This document shows, piece after piece, positions 8,799-19,248 of a stretch of DNA of 64,000 bases. The DNA lies in NCBI GenBank assembly GCA_021796515.1, contig JAKACC010000003.1, positions 458 to 64,457 on the forward strand, in the 5' to 3' direction. The translations under genes were made by a program, and so were the position numbers. The notes beneath the pieces were generated by a model that made no database searches, had not been told where the DNA came from, and saw nothing but the letters and a program-made list of their open reading frames with translations. The stretch comes from an archaeon. GTDB taxonomy: Archaea > Thermoproteota > Nitrososphaeria > Nitrososphaerales > Gagatemarchaeaceae. The stretch's first letter is position 1. The number at the start of each line of letters is the position of its first letter.

Positions 8799-10151
8799 TT
8801 ACGCCCTCTCCATTATCGTAGCCGTCACCGAGCTCCCTGTCCCTGCATGCGAGTGGATGAGCCCCCTCTTCGCGTCCTTGATCTGGAGGGTGTCGTCCCC
8901 GAAGTGCTTCCCGATGGTCCCCTGCAGCTGCCAGAGGGCGAACACCCCCTGCATGATCCCTGTGGCGCCGACCGGGTGGCCGCAGGCGATCAGCCCTCCG
9001 GACGGGTTGACAGGCATGGTGCCCTTGTGAGGGAGGTCGAGTCCGTAGTCTGTCCCTTCGAGGAAGGGGTGCCCCTGGTCGACGAAGTCGTACCCTTCGC
9101 CGTACCTGCAGAGCCCTATGTCCTCGTAGGTCTGAATCTCAGAGCTTGAGTAGGCGTCGTGGAGTTCTACGAAGTCGAGCTCTCCTTTCGGGTTTGTGAT
9201 CCCGGCGTTCTTGTATGCTTCCAGGGCGGCGGTCCTGCCGGCCCTGAACGAGTGGACGCCGGGGTACTTCAGGGACACGTAGTCGTCCGCTCTTTCCCAG
9301 GAGAAGAGGGGGACCTTCCCGTGGGGCCTGTCGGCGAGCCTCATCGTGTCAGTGCCGCAACCGACCCCCTTTATCAGGACGGGCCTGTCGGTGTACTTGA
9401 AAGCGACGTCCTCAGACGCCAAGATCACAACGGCCGCGCCGTCGCTCATGGTGCAGATGGAGGGCCTGTTCAGGGGGAACGCGATCATCTCCCTCCCCAT
9501 CGCCTCCTTCATCGTCAGCTTTTCGGGGTACTGAGAGTAGGGGTTGTGGAGGGCGTTCACATGGTTTTTCACGGACACCATCGCCATCACCCTCTTCGCC
9601 TCCTCGGTGGCGGCTCTCTGCGCCTTCCTCTCGTCCTTGATGTCAGCAAACTTCCGCTTCCTGAGGTATTCGTAGATGTGCCTCTGGACCATCAGCGCAT
9701 AGTATCCTGTGTAGAAACCTCCCACCGGATAGTCGAAGTTGGTGTCGGAAGCCAGGGCGATGAACTCGTTACCCTTCCAGGTCTCCACGTGCGACATCGT
9801 CTCGAACCCTGCGACCAGGCAGACGTCATTCCTGCCGCTCGCGACTGTCTCCCACCCCGCCTGTATCGCCTGCCCTCCGGTCGCCCCTCCCCATTCGACC
9901 CTCCTCGAGTCCTTGGGGTTCAGGCCAAGGTAGTCCTGCACCATAGAGGCAGCCTTCAGCTGTCTCGCAAAGTGGTCGGAGAAGTATGATATCCTGCTGC
10001 TCTCGATCTCCGACGCCCTCAGGTCTGGGACGTCCTTCATGGCATAGTCGAAGGCCCGCTTCACCATAAGTCTGAAGTCCATATCCGGGTGGGCTTTGGC
10101 GAACTTCGTGACCCCACCGGAAATGACGTACACCTTCCTCTGGCTGGTCAC
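8799..10151 (-). CDS. thiolase-domain protein (archaeal/SCP-x type)
   Basis: CTMSDGAAVVILASED and GLIACGHPVGATGIMQ thiolase-fold motifs; 450 aa; paired with DUF35. Confidence 0.85.
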   Translation of the reverse strand: MTSQRKVYVISGGVTKFAKAHPDMDFRLMVKRAFDYAMKDVPDLRASEIESSRISYFSDHFARQLKAASMVQDYLGLNPKDSRRVEWGGATGGQAIQAGWETVASGRNDVCLVAGFETMSHVETWKGNEFIALASDTNFDYPVGGFYTGYYALMVQRHIYEYLRKRKFADIKDERKAQRAATEEAKRVMAMVSVKNHVNALHNPYSQYPEKLTMKEAMGREMIAFPLNRPSICTMSDGAAVVILASEDVAFKYTDRPVLIKGVGCGTDTMRLADRPHGKVPLFSWERADDYVSLKYPGVHSFRAGRTAALEAYKNAGITNPKGELDFVELHDAYSSSEIQTYEDIGLCRYGEGYDFVDQGHPFLEGTDYGLDLPHKGTMPVNPSGGLIACGHPVGATGIMQGVFALWQLQGTIGKHFGDDTLQIKDAKRGLIHSHAGTGSSVTATIMERA

Positions 10152-10188
10152 GCATCTCCCCCCTTAGGGCCGGGTATTAATTTTCTGC

Positions 10189-12168
10189 CTAGGCCGGCCT
10201 GTCCTTTCGGGCCCCCGCGCCGACCCCGACCCCTTTCTCCCTCGCGAGCTCCAAGAAACGGTCTACCGAAGCAGGGTCTGCCAGCGAGCCCCTGTTGAGG
10301 ACGTCGTCAGGGCGCGCCCCGGTCAGGATCCTCTTTATCGGGACCTCGAGCTTCTTGCCGTTGAGCGTCCTCGGGATGGCTGGGACGGCGACCACCCTGT
10401 CAGGGAGGTACCTAGGCGAGAGGTCGGTCCTGATCTGGTTCTTTATCCTAGAGAGCAGGGCGTCGTCGAGGCTTACCCCTTCCTTGAGAGATACGAAGAG
10501 GACCATCTCCTCGGAGGCTCCGCCGGGGACGTCGACCGCCAGAGAGTCGGAGACCTCGGGGACCTTCTCTACCGCCCTGTAGATTTCGCTCGTCCCTATC
10601 CTGACGCCGAGCTTCTTGATGGTAGCATCAGAACGCCCATAGATCACGCAGGTCCCCCTCCCAGTGATCTTGATCCAGTCGCCATGCCTCCAGACCCCCG
10701 GGAACATCCCGAAGTAGCTCTCACGATACTTGGTTCCGTCTTCATCCCCCCAGAAGCAGACGGGCATGCTAGGCATCGGCTCGGTTATCACCAGCTCCCC
10801 TACCTTCCCGACGACCGGGTTCCCGCCTTCGTCGAAGGCCTGGACGCTTGCGCCGAGCGCCCTGCACTGCAGCTCCCCTGAGTAGACCGGGAGGGTGGGG
10901 GAGCCTGTGACGAAGGCTGTGCAGAGGTCGGTCCCACCGCTCAGAGATTCGAGCCAGACATCGTCCTTGACCTTCGAGTAGACCCACTCGAAAGAGTCCG
11001 GGGAGAGCGGCGATCCGGTGGACCCTATGCCTCTGAGCGATTTCAGTGCGAAACCGCTTCGCGGTTCGACCCCGGCTCTCATGTTGGCCGACAGGTAGGC
11101 TGCGCTCGTCCCCATGTAAGTCGTCTTCGTCTCTTCCACGATCTTCCAGAGGGAGTCGGGGCGGGGCCACGAGGGGTGCCCAGAATAGAGTACCAGCGTC
11201 GCTCCCAGGAGGAGGCCCCCCATCAGGTAGTTCCACATCATCCACCCTGTCGTCGTGTACCAGAAGAACCGGTCCCCTTCCCTGACGTCGTTGTGCAGGG
11301 CCACGGACTTCAGGAGCTCGACTAGAATCCCTCCCTGGGAGTGCACCAGAGCCTTGGGCAGGCCTGTGGTCCCCGAAGAGTAGAGGACCCAAAGCGGATG
11401 GTCAAAGGGGACGAACGCATACTCGAACTCCGACCTTCCTTCTACCGCCCCGTCCCAGTCTATGGTTCCGGGCACACCTTTCCCCTTGCTCCCTCCGGAT
11501 ACTCCTATGACCTCCCGTATGCTGGGGACCGCCTTCCTGACCGCCGCCACATCCTCTGCCCTGTCTATCCACTTCCCTCCGTAGCTGTATCCGTCCGCGG
11601 CGATGAGCACCTTCGGTCCTATCTGGCCGAAGCGGTCCACGACAGACTGCGGTCCGAATTCCAGCGGACAGCTCGACCAGACCGCCCCGATGCTCGCCGA
11701 AGCCAGCAAGCCTATGACCGCCTCGGGGCCGTTCTGGAGGTACGCAGCGACCCTATCCCCTCTCCCCACTCCAAGCTCCACCAGTTTTGCCGCAAGGGAG
11801 GCAGCCTTCCTCTCGAGGTCGGCCCACCCCAACGACTTCGCCGACCCTCTTTCCACCGTGAAGACGAGCGCATCGCCCTCCCGCTTCTTCGCGAAGACCC
11901 TTTCGGTGAAGTTCACCTCGGCGCCTTCGAACCACTTCGCGCCGGGCATCTTCCTCTCGGGGAGCACGGGATAGTCCGCTTCTGCTACCTCGAAGTACTT
12001 CCAGACGGACCCCCAGAACCCCTCCAGGTCCTCCACCGACCACCGCCAGAGGTCCCCATACCCCTGGAAGGGCTGCCCCTTCCTCTCCAGCCACTTGAGA
12101 TAACTGTACATGTTCGTCCTCCTCGCTGAGGACGGGGCCGGCTCCCAGAGGAGGTCTCCTTCCGGCAT
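10189..12168 (-). CDS. acetoacetyl-CoA synthetase (acetoacetate-CoA ligase)
   Basis: N-terminus LWEPAPSS..YSYLKWLERKG..WRWSVEDLEGFWGSVWKYF is typical of this subfamily. AMP-binding motif YSSGTTGLPKALVH; 659 aa. Confidence 0.88.
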   Translation of the reverse strand: MPEGDLLWEPAPSSARRTNMYSYLKWLERKGQPFQGYGDLWRWSVEDLEGFWGSVWKYFEVAEADYPVLPERKMPGAKWFEGAEVNFTERVFAKKREGDALVFTVERGSAKSLGWADLERKAASLAAKLVELGVGRGDRVAAYLQNGPEAVIGLLASASIGAVWSSCPLEFGPQSVVDRFGQIGPKVLIAADGYSYGGKWIDRAEDVAAVRKAVPSIREVIGVSGGSKGKGVPGTIDWDGAVEGRSEFEYAFVPFDHPLWVLYSSGTTGLPKALVHSQGGILVELLKSVALHNDVREGDRFFWYTTTGWMMWNYLMGGLLLGATLVLYSGHPSWPRPDSLWKIVEETKTTYMGTSAAYLSANMRAGVEPRSGFALKSLRGIGSTGSPLSPDSFEWVYSKVKDDVWLESLSGGTDLCTAFVTGSPTLPVYSGELQCRALGASVQAFDEGGNPVVGKVGELVITEPMPSMPVCFWGDEDGTKYRESYFGMFPGVWRHGDWIKITGRGTCVIYGRSDATIKKLGVRIGTSEIYRAVEKVPEVSDSLAVDVPGGASEEMVLFVSLKEGVSLDDALLSRIKNQIRTDLSPRYLPDRVVAVPAIPRTLNGKKLEVPIKRILTGARPDDVLNRGSLADPASVDRFLELAREKGVGVGAGARKDRPA

Positions 12169-12240
12169 AGGCGACCCGACCGCAAGGGCCGATATAAGCG
12201 GCGACCCGGTCGGTCTGACTCTGCCAGACGTTTCCGGCGT

Positions 12241-12858
12241 CTATGTCACAGGCCTGACTATGAATATCGCGATGTCCCAGATGAGGTGACTGACGAAGCT
12301 CGCCTGCTTCCCTCCGCCGTAACGGAACGTGAGCCCCCAGGCAAGGTCGGTGACGAAAGTCGCCCCGACCCAGAGCGGGTTCAGGCTGATGGCATGGATC
12401 CCCGCGTCGAAGAGCGCCACGACAAAGGCACTTGCGGTCCCGAACCTGGGGGTGAGCTTCTGCTGAAGGACCCCCCTGAAGAACGACTCGAACCCTGCGG
12501 CGTCGGAGAGGAGGACGGCGACCTGCAGATACGACGGCGTGGACGAGGAGGTGATGAGGGCGTATATCGACGCCTCGTCTGCGGCCGTCATGCCGAACGG
12601 GTGGAAGGCCGAGATGCCTGCGGCGCCGGCGACGAAGATCAGGTACAGGAGCAGCGCCGACAGGAGGCCCGCGGCCACCGCCCTGGCGCTGGCCTTCCTT
12701 GAGGTCCCGAGCGCGCCGAGAGAGTAGGCAGAGGCGACCATGCACCCTGTGGCAAGGAAGGTGGCAGCGACGAAGTATCCTGGCGGAACCGTGAAGAGGA
12801 CCGCCATGGATAACACCACCGCGGCCGTCCCGACGACGAGCCTGGATGCCAGGGCCAA
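12241..12858 (-). CDS. CPBP-family intramembrane protease (CAAX protease-like)
   Basis: Multi-TM protein with ESFFRGVLQ (E-x-x-FRG) and SHLIWD motifs. TTG start at 12858. Confidence 0.7.
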   Translation of the reverse strand: MALASRLVVGTAAVVLSMAVLFTVPPGYFVAATFLATGCMVASAYSLGALGTSRKASARAVAAGLLSALLLYLIFVAGAAGISAFHPFGMTAADEASIYALITSSSTPSYLQVAVLLSDAAGFESFFRGVLQQKLTPRFGTASAFVVALFDAGIHAISLNPLWVGATFVTDLAWGLTFRYGGGKQASFVSHLIWDIAIFIVRPVT

Positions 12859-12935
12859 CCCCCGTGCCGCGGGGGTTCCCGTTAAAGCCGTTCGGCAGGT
12901 GCTACCGTAAATACCTGACTTGGCTGCACGACTAC

Positions 12936-13838
12936 ATGGACGCCAAGACCGCGTTCATCTCCATGAGGCCCTGGTCCTTCACCATGACGTTCTCTTCGGT
13001 GACCATGGGGACCCTCGTGGCGGCGCTCTCCGGCCGGTTCAACCTGCCGTACTATCTGGTCGCGCTTGGCGGCATGGTGGCGTTCCATGGGGCGACGAAC
13101 GTCCTGAACGACTTCTTCGACGTGAAGCACGGGGTGGACAGAGAGGGCGCTCCCACCACCAGGTACAGGCCCCACCCGGCGGCCTTCGGCCAGGCTCCCC
13201 TCTCCAGCGTGCTGACCCTCTCTCTGGCCCTCTACTTGGTCACCCTTGCTGCGGCCTCGTACCTCGCCCTGGCCACGAACCTATGGGTGCTCGTCGTAGT
13301 GGGGGTAGGCTTGGCAGGGAGCGTGCTATACACCGCTGACCCTGTCGTCCTCAAAGCCCGGGCCCTGGGGGAAGCAACGGTTTTCGTGATGTGGGGGGTC
13401 CTGATCCCCCTCGGTTCCTACGTCGTCCAGACCGGGACGGTCTCCCTGGCACCGGCGGTCGCCTCGGTTCCCATCGGGATCTTCGTCGCTCTCGTCCTCC
13501 TCGCCAATAACATAAGGGACATAGGGTACGACGGGTCGGTGAAGACCAGGACCCTGGCGGTGGTCTTGGGTGCGAAGAGGGCCGAGAGACTCTACGCCTT
13601 TCTCCTCGGGCTCGCCTACGTGGTGGTGGCCGCGGGGGTAGCGGTCCAGCTGCTCCCTGTTTGGTCCGTACTGGTCTTCCTCACCGTGCCGGGAGCGAGA
13701 GGGCTCATAGCGATGCTCAAAGGAGACGTCCCTGACAACGCGGACCCGAGGACGGCCGCGCTGGCTCTCCAGTTCTCGCTCATCTACATGGTGTCGCTGG
13801 CCTTGGCCATCTTCTTCCCGCTTGTCCTGCCGGCTTAG
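12936..13838 (+). CDS. UbiA-family prenyltransferase, MenA-like (DHNA polyprenyltransferase type)
   Basis: Asp-rich motif NVLNDFFDVKHGVDRE and second motif NNIRDIGYD; 8-9 TM helices. ATG 12936 is preferred over the ORF-track start 12846 because GTAAATAC lies 25-32 nt upstream of it. Confidence 0.85.
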   Translation: MDAKTAFISMRPWSFTMTFSSVTMGTLVAALSGRFNLPYYLVALGGMVAFHGATNVLNDFFDVKHGVDREGAPTTRYRPHPAAFGQAPLSSVLTLSLALYLVTLAAASYLALATNLWVLVVVGVGLAGSVLYTADPVVLKARALGEATVFVMWGVLIPLGSYVVQTGTVSLAPAVASVPIGIFVALVLLANNIRDIGYDGSVKTRTLAVVLGAKRAERLYAFLLGLAYVVVAAGVAVQLLPVWSVLVFLTVPGARGLIAMLKGDVPDNADPRTAALALQFSLIYMVSLALAIFFPLVLPA

Positions 13839-14827
13839 CGGAAGGCCGTCGCGAGTTCCCTCATCGCGTACCCCACGTCTCCTATGGGCATGGCGATGGG
13901 AAGGGTGACACCGGACCTCTCGTACTCCTTCAGCCTGTCCAGGGCCTGGTCGCCGGTCCCCGTGATGGTGAGCGCCTCGACTGTTTCCTCCGGTATCAGC
14001 CTCTTGGCCTCGGCCACGTCTCCCCTCCTCCAGGCGTCTTTCATCGGGGACAGCTTCTCCTCTCCTATTCCGTAGGGGGCGAGGATCTCAGGCTCGACGA
14101 CCTCGGCCAGCTGGTACGCGAAGAAGTAGTAGTCCCTCACGACCTGGACGGCCTTGGCATGGTCGGGAGCGAGGGAGGTGAGCATATAGGAGGCGCGCTC
14201 GACCCGCCTCCCGCTCCTGGCCTCACCGCGCTTGACGTTGTCGACCATCCGCCCCGTCCCCCAGGCGGTGTTCAGAGCCGGGGAAAGAATCACCCCGTCT
14301 GCCACGGTGGCTGCCAGCGCCTGGATCTTCGGGGAGAGCGACGCTATGAATATGGGGACTCTCCCGCTCGGCTTGAACCCCAGGGTGAGGCCGTGGACCT
14401 GGAAGAACTCGCCGTCGAAGTCCACGTTGTCCCCAGACCAGACGAGCTTCACCACTTCGACGTACTCCTTGATCCTCTGAAGGGGTCTGGCCTTCTCTAC
14501 CGGGAATATCTGTCCGCCTATGAGGGGGATTGTCGGGAAGCTCCCCAGCCCGAGGCCAAGGGTCACCCTCCCCCCTGATGACTCCGACAGCGTGGCGAAG
14601 GTGGTCGCAGCGGTAACCGGGTGCCTCGTGAACGTGTTGATCACCCCTGACCCGAGGCCGACCCTCTTCGTCCCTGCCGCCATGCAGGAAAGATACGTCA
14701 CCACGTCTCGCTGGAAGAGCGATTCATGCATCCAGATCGAGTCGAATCCAAGGGCTTCCGCCGTGGCGGCCGTCGCGACTGCGTCCTGAATGGTGAGCAC
14801 TGGGTTGAAGCCCAGCCCCAGTCTCAT
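13835..14827 (-). CDS. LLM-class (luciferase-like) flavin/F420-dependent oxidoreductase
   Basis: 330 aa. The N-terminal pattern MRLGLGF...ALGFDSIWMHE and overall length are typical of the luciferase-like TIM-barrel family. Confidence 0.8.
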   Translation of the reverse strand: MRLGLGFNPVLTIQDAVATAATAEALGFDSIWMHESLFQRDVVTYLSCMAAGTKRVGLGSGVINTFTRHPVTAATTFATLSESSGGRVTLGLGLGSFPTIPLIGGQIFPVEKARPLQRIKEYVEVVKLVWSGDNVDFDGEFFQVHGLTLGFKPSGRVPIFIASLSPKIQALAATVADGVILSPALNTAWGTGRMVDNVKRGEARSGRRVERASYMLTSLAPDHAKAVQVVRDYYFFAYQLAEVVEPEILAPYGIGEEKLSPMKDAWRRGDVAEAKRLIPEETVEALTITGTGDQALDRLKEYERSGVTLPIAMPIGDVGYAMRELATAFR

Positions 14828-14869
14828 TTCCGAGGTTGCCCTCGGGGAGGCGCTTTAAGGGTTGCAGCC

Positions 14870-16276
14870 CTATGCGACGCGGAGCAGTCCGAGGACGCTC
14901 CCCGCCTCCTTCTCATCTTCCAGTGCCCAGAGGCGCTTCAGGACCCTCCTTGCCCGGTGCCCATCGATGTGCCTCCCCACCAGTCGCAGGAACTTCGCCT
15001 CGATGTCGTCCTTCGTCATCGGGTTCGCCGGATGCCCCTTGGGGAGGTCCACCTGGGCCGTCTCCTTCCCTCCCCCGGCGAACGACACTGTGATTCTGTT
15101 CGCCATCCCCCTGTCGGGGTATAACGAAGTCAACGTGAGGTCCTCCACCACCTTGACCTTCGCCATGAGAGCGAGGGTCCGGGGATCCCTCAGGTTGGCC
15201 GAAGAGTAGGTCGAGTTGTCGACCCTCCCATCCAGCAGGGCCTTGGCCACCATGTAGGGGAGGCTGTGGTCTGCGGTCTCCTTGGTCTTCGGGGCCCACT
15301 TCTCGGGGTCCCTTCCAAGGATGGTGTACGCCGCTTCGTGGGTCTGGATCAGGACCGACTCGGCCCTTCGCACGTCCCCCTGCCTCTTCCTGATCTCTAA
15401 GGCGGCCCAGATGGCGGACTGGGCATGATACTCGGCGGGCCAGTACTTTACATACGTCCCGTTGACTTTGTACCTCCCCTTCCTCCCGCCGAACTCTTCT
15501 GTGTTGACCTCGAAAGGCCCCGACACCTGCCTGAAGAACCCCATCTCTCCTTCGAAGATGGGAGAAGGGCCCGTTATCCCCTCTCTGGCGAGGGAGGCGG
15601 CGAAGACTCCGTTCCTTGCCGCGTTGGCGAAGGAGGCGCCCTTCCACATAGAAAGCTCTCCTGCCCTTACCTGCCTCATCGCTATGTGCCCGTTGAGCGC
15701 GAGGTTGACCGCCTGGGTCGCCTTCGCCAAGGGGAGGTTCATCAGCTTCGACGCGGCCAGGGAGGAGGAGACCAGGCCGTAGTTCACGTGGTCCCATCCC
15801 CTGTGCCTTATGTCAGCCGCATCGCAAAGCCTGCACTGCACCTCGTACGCCGCGACGGCCGCGGCCACGAACTCCTTCCCGGTCGACCCCTCCGCCTCCG
15901 CGACGGCGAAGCAGGGCGCCAGGTTGTCGCTGGGGTGCGCCGGCTCCTTCGAAAGGTACGTGTCGTTGTAGTCGAAATAGCGGATCATGAAACCGTTCAC
16001 GAACGTGGCCAAGTCTGGAGACGACCTGCTCCCGGTCCCCAGGATCCTGGACTCCCCTCCGCTCCTCAGTTTGAGCGCGGAGCGCCGGGCCATCTCGACA
16101 GGTCCCTCCCCGAACGCTCCCAGGGCACAGCCGAGGGCGTCCACGACCCTGGCCTTCATCTCTTTCACTGTCGTGGAGTCGAGGCTCCTGAACTCTGTAG
16201 ATAGGGCGTACTTCGCCAACCGCTCAGCCAGGTCCATGGGGGCCGGCCGGTCGTGTGAGCTTTTAGGAATTCTCAT
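14870..16276 (-). CDS. MmgE/PrpD-family protein (2-methylcitrate dehydratase-like)
   Basis: 468 aa. Family-typical segments ...VVDALGCALGA..., ...HPSDNLAPCF..., ...GWDHVNYG... Confidence 0.88.
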   Translation of the reverse strand: MRIPKSSHDRPAPMDLAERLAKYALSTEFRSLDSTTVKEMKARVVDALGCALGAFGEGPVEMARRSALKLRSGGESRILGTGSRSSPDLATFVNGFMIRYFDYNDTYLSKEPAHPSDNLAPCFAVAEAEGSTGKEFVAAAVAAYEVQCRLCDAADIRHRGWDHVNYGLVSSSLAASKLMNLPLAKATQAVNLALNGHIAMRQVRAGELSMWKGASFANAARNGVFAASLAREGITGPSPIFEGEMGFFRQVSGPFEVNTEEFGGRKGRYKVNGTYVKYWPAEYHAQSAIWAALEIRKRQGDVRRAESVLIQTHEAAYTILGRDPEKWAPKTKETADHSLPYMVAKALLDGRVDNSTYSSANLRDPRTLALMAKVKVVEDLTLTSLYPDRGMANRITVSFAGGGKETAQVDLPKGHPANPMTKDDIEAKFLRLVGRHIDGHRARRVLKRLWALEDEKEAGSVLGLLRVA

Positions 16277-16332
16277 GTATTCGGACTAACCATTAAATCT
16301 CGCCGAAAGTCGGCGCCGTAAGGCGTTCCCTC

Positions 16333-17502
16333 TTGGCGATATACAGCGCAGAACACAGGAGGCTCATGCGCATGCTTCACCCGGCGGACCACCAGGACTA
16401 CTCCGAGGTCCTTTCGTCGCTGGGAGCTTTCATGGAGAAGGAGGTCCTCCCCCTATCCCCGAAGCTCGACAGCGGAGAGGCGTCCATCGCGGCGCCTCGG
16501 AGGGCGCTGTTCGAGCAGGGGATGAGCCGGATCCCCTTCCCTGCCGAATACGGCGGGCTCGGACTTCCCTTCTCGGTCTATGCCATGGCCGTCGAGCTCC
16601 TGGGCACGGCTGACGCATCCATGGCCCTGAGCGTCGAGATACACAACGCCGTGGCCGAGGGGGTGCTGAAATTCGGAAACAAGGCCCAGAAGGAAGGGAG
16701 GCTGGAGGGGCTGCTCACGGGGAAGACGCTGGCGTCCTTCGCGCTCACCGAGCCCGCCTCCGGGTCCGACGCAGGGACGATGGCCACAAGCGCGGAGAGG
16801 AAGGCCGGAGAGTTCGTCATCAACGGATCCAAGATGTTCATCACCAACGCCGGGGAGGCGGATGTCTATCTCGTCTTCGCGAAGACAAAGAAGGGGCCGT
16901 CCTGCTTCATCCTCGACGCGCCAGCAAAGGGACTGACGTTCGGCCAGGAGCTCAAGAAGCTAGGAATGAAGGGCTCGAAGACCCACGAAGTGATATTCAG
17001 CGGCTGCACCGTGCCGGAGGAGAACCTGGTCGGTGAGGAAGGGAAGGGAGCCGACTACGCGAAGGAAATCCTCCACGGCGCCAGGATAGTGGTGGCGGCG
17101 CTCAACGTCGGAATCTCCAGGCTCGCCTATGACAAGTCGCTGGCATACGCCAAGGAGAGGAAGGCCTTCGGCAGGTCGATTTCGGAGTTCCAACTCGTCA
17201 GGGCGAAGGTCGCAGACATGAAGACGGGGATCGACGCCGCGAGGCTCCTCTATCTCTACGCCTCCAGGGTCAAGGAGATGGGCGACGACTTCGCCTCTGA
17301 GGCGTCCCAGGCCAAGGTCCTGGCGACCGAGACGTCATTGAGGGTCTGCGACGACGCCATCCAGATTCACGGCGGCTATGGATACACCACCGACGACCTT
17401 CACCGGCACTGGAGGGACGCAAGGCTCCTTACCATAGGCGAAGGCACGTCAGAGGTGCTCCGCATGCTGATAGCGAAGCGGGAGATGGCGAGAGAATCGT
17501 GA
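16333..17502 (+). CDS. acyl-CoA dehydrogenase
   Basis: FALTEPASGSDAG, IHGGYGYTTD and TIGEGTSEVLRM motifs. TTG start. Its stop overlaps the etfB start (GTGA). Confidence 0.93.
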   Translation: MAIYSAEHRRLMRMLHPADHQDYSEVLSSLGAFMEKEVLPLSPKLDSGEASIAAPRRALFEQGMSRIPFPAEYGGLGLPFSVYAMAVELLGTADASMALSVEIHNAVAEGVLKFGNKAQKEGRLEGLLTGKTLASFALTEPASGSDAGTMATSAERKAGEFVINGSKMFITNAGEADVYLVFAKTKKGPSCFILDAPAKGLTFGQELKKLGMKGSKTHEVIFSGCTVPEENLVGEEGKGADYAKEILHGARIVVAALNVGISRLAYDKSLAYAKERKAFGRSISEFQLVRAKVADMKTGIDAARLLYLYASRVKEMGDDFASEASQAKVLATETSLRVCDDAIQIHGGYGYTTDDLHRHWRDARLLTIGEGTSEVLRMLIAKREMARES

Positions 17503-18266
17503 AGATAGCGGTCTGCGTCAAGCATGCGGTCGACGAGGCGGAGCTGAAGACGGACCCCTCCGGACGGCCCGTCCTTGCCGGGGCGGTAAGCCGCATGAGC
17601 GCCTTCGACAAGAACGCCGTGGAGGAGGGGCTCCGGCTGAGGGCGGCCCACCAGGGGGAGGTGGTTGTGTTCACCGTGGGGCCCGCCGACTCGAAGAAGA
17701 CGATGAAGGAGGCGCTTGCCATGGGGGCTGACCGGGGGGTCCTGGTGGTCGCAGACACGGCCGCCATCGACACGATGCGGACCGCTGGCCTTCTCGCAGC
17801 CGCCATCAGGAGGGCGGGCCCGTTCGACCTTGTCCTCTGCTCGGAAGGGTCGTCTGACACCTACAGCGGGCAGGTCCCGCCGATGCTGGGGGAGCTTCTG
17901 GGGGCTGCCTTTGTGGGGTACGCCCGAAAGTTCGAGGTCAGCGGTCAGCTGGTGAGGGTGGAGCGTTCGCTCGAAGACAGCGTCGAGAGGGTAGAGGCGC
18001 CCCTTCCTCTGGTCGCGTCCGTGGTCAGCGAGATCAACGAGCCCCGCTACCCGACACTCATACAGATCATGCAGGCAGGAAAGAAGCCCCTGGAAGAGCT
18101 CAGCGGGGACCAGCTCCTACCGCATGGGGAGTACAGAGAGGCATCGGTCGTTTCCATGTCCGTCCAGCAGTCGGCGAGGAAGCGCGTCCTCATCGAAGGG
18201 AGCCCTGACGAAGCCGCAGCCAAGCTCCTCGACGCCCTTACCAAAGAGGGGGTGCTCGCGAAATGA
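17499..18266 (+). CDS. etfB: electron transfer flavoprotein, beta subunit
   Basis: MKIAVCVKHAVD... N-terminus; 255 aa; coupled to etfA by an ATGA overlap. Confidence 0.9.
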   Translation: MKIAVCVKHAVDEAELKTDPSGRPVLAGAVSRMSAFDKNAVEEGLRLRAAHQGEVVVFTVGPADSKKTMKEALAMGADRGVLVVADTAAIDTMRTAGLLAAAIRRAGPFDLVLCSEGSSDTYSGQVPPMLGELLGAAFVGYARKFEVSGQLVRVERSLEDSVERVEAPLPLVASVVSEINEPRYPTLIQIMQAGKKPLEELSGDQLLPHGEYREASVVSMSVQQSARKRVLIEGSPDEAAAKLLDALTKEGVLAK

Positions 18267-19195
18267 GCCCCGCAGTCTGGGCCTATTCCGAGAACGAGGG
18301 GGTCTCGAACGAGGTCGCCTCCGCTGCGGTGGAAGTGGCGGAGGGGGCTTCAGCCGAAGCGGTGGTGGTCGAGATAGGCGCCCTCCGCGAGGGCGCGAGG
18401 TCCCCGGGGGCCAAGCTGCTCCTGAAAGGGCCGGCTTCTCCGCAGGTTTCCCCTGAGGTGGCTGCCGAGGCGCTGGCGAGGGCGGCGAAGCAGGCGGCTC
18501 CGATGGCGATCCTAATCGGCGCGACGAGGAACGGCAGAGAGGCGGCGTCGAGGCTCGCCGCGAAGCTCTCAGTGGGGTGCCTCTCCGATGGGTCGAAGCT
18601 CGGCACCGACGGCAGCACCCTGACCGCCGAGCGCAACGTCTTCGCCGGGAAGGTCGTGGCGAAGCTGAGCTGTCCCCTCCCCGCGGTCGCGACGGTCAAA
18701 GTGGGGCACTACGCCAGGGCAGACGCTGCGCCGGGGGAGACCAGGGAGGTGGACGTCGGTCCGATCCAGCCGCTAGTCAGGGTGGTCGGAAGGGAGAAGA
18801 AGGCGGCCGGCGCCGTGGACTTGAGGTCGGCAAAGGTCATAGTTTCCGCGGGGAGGGGGGTGAAGAAGAAGGAAGACCTCCCGCTGCTCGAAGAGCTCGC
18901 GAAGGATATGCATGGTGCCCTCGGCTGCTCGAGACCCCTCTCGTCAGACCTGGGCTGGCTGCCTGAAGAATACCACATAGGGCTGACCGGAGTCACAGTC
19001 AGGCCCGACCTCTATCTTGCGGTGGGAATCTCGGGGCAGCTCCAGCACATCGCGGGGATCAAGGACTCCAAGATAGTGGCGGCCATCAACACGGACAAGG
19101 ACGCCCCCATCTTCCAGGCCTCCGACTACGGGGTCGTCGGGGACCTGTACCAGTTGGTCCCTGCCCTGCGGAAGGCGCTGGCTGCCAGGCGCTGA
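18263..19195 (+). CDS. etfA: electron transfer flavoprotein, alpha subunit
   Basis: C-terminal FAD-binding signature LYLAVGISGQLQHIAGIKDSKIVAAINTDKDAPIF; 310 aa. Confidence 0.9.
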   Translation: MSPAVWAYSENEGVSNEVASAAVEVAEGASAEAVVVEIGALREGARSPGAKLLLKGPASPQVSPEVAAEALARAAKQAAPMAILIGATRNGREAASRLAAKLSVGCLSDGSKLGTDGSTLTAERNVFAGKVVAKLSCPLPAVATVKVGHYARADAAPGETREVDVGPIQPLVRVVGREKKAAGAVDLRSAKVIVSAGRGVKKKEDLPLLEELAKDMHGALGCSRPLSSDLGWLPEEYHIGLTGVTVRPDLYLAVGISGQLQHIAGIKDSKIVAAINTDKDAPIFQASDYGVVGDLYQLVPALRKALAARR

Positions 19196-19248
19196 TGCTC
19201 CGCCGCCGGGAGACATCCTTTAGTGCCTGAGGGAGCCGGCCGTGATAC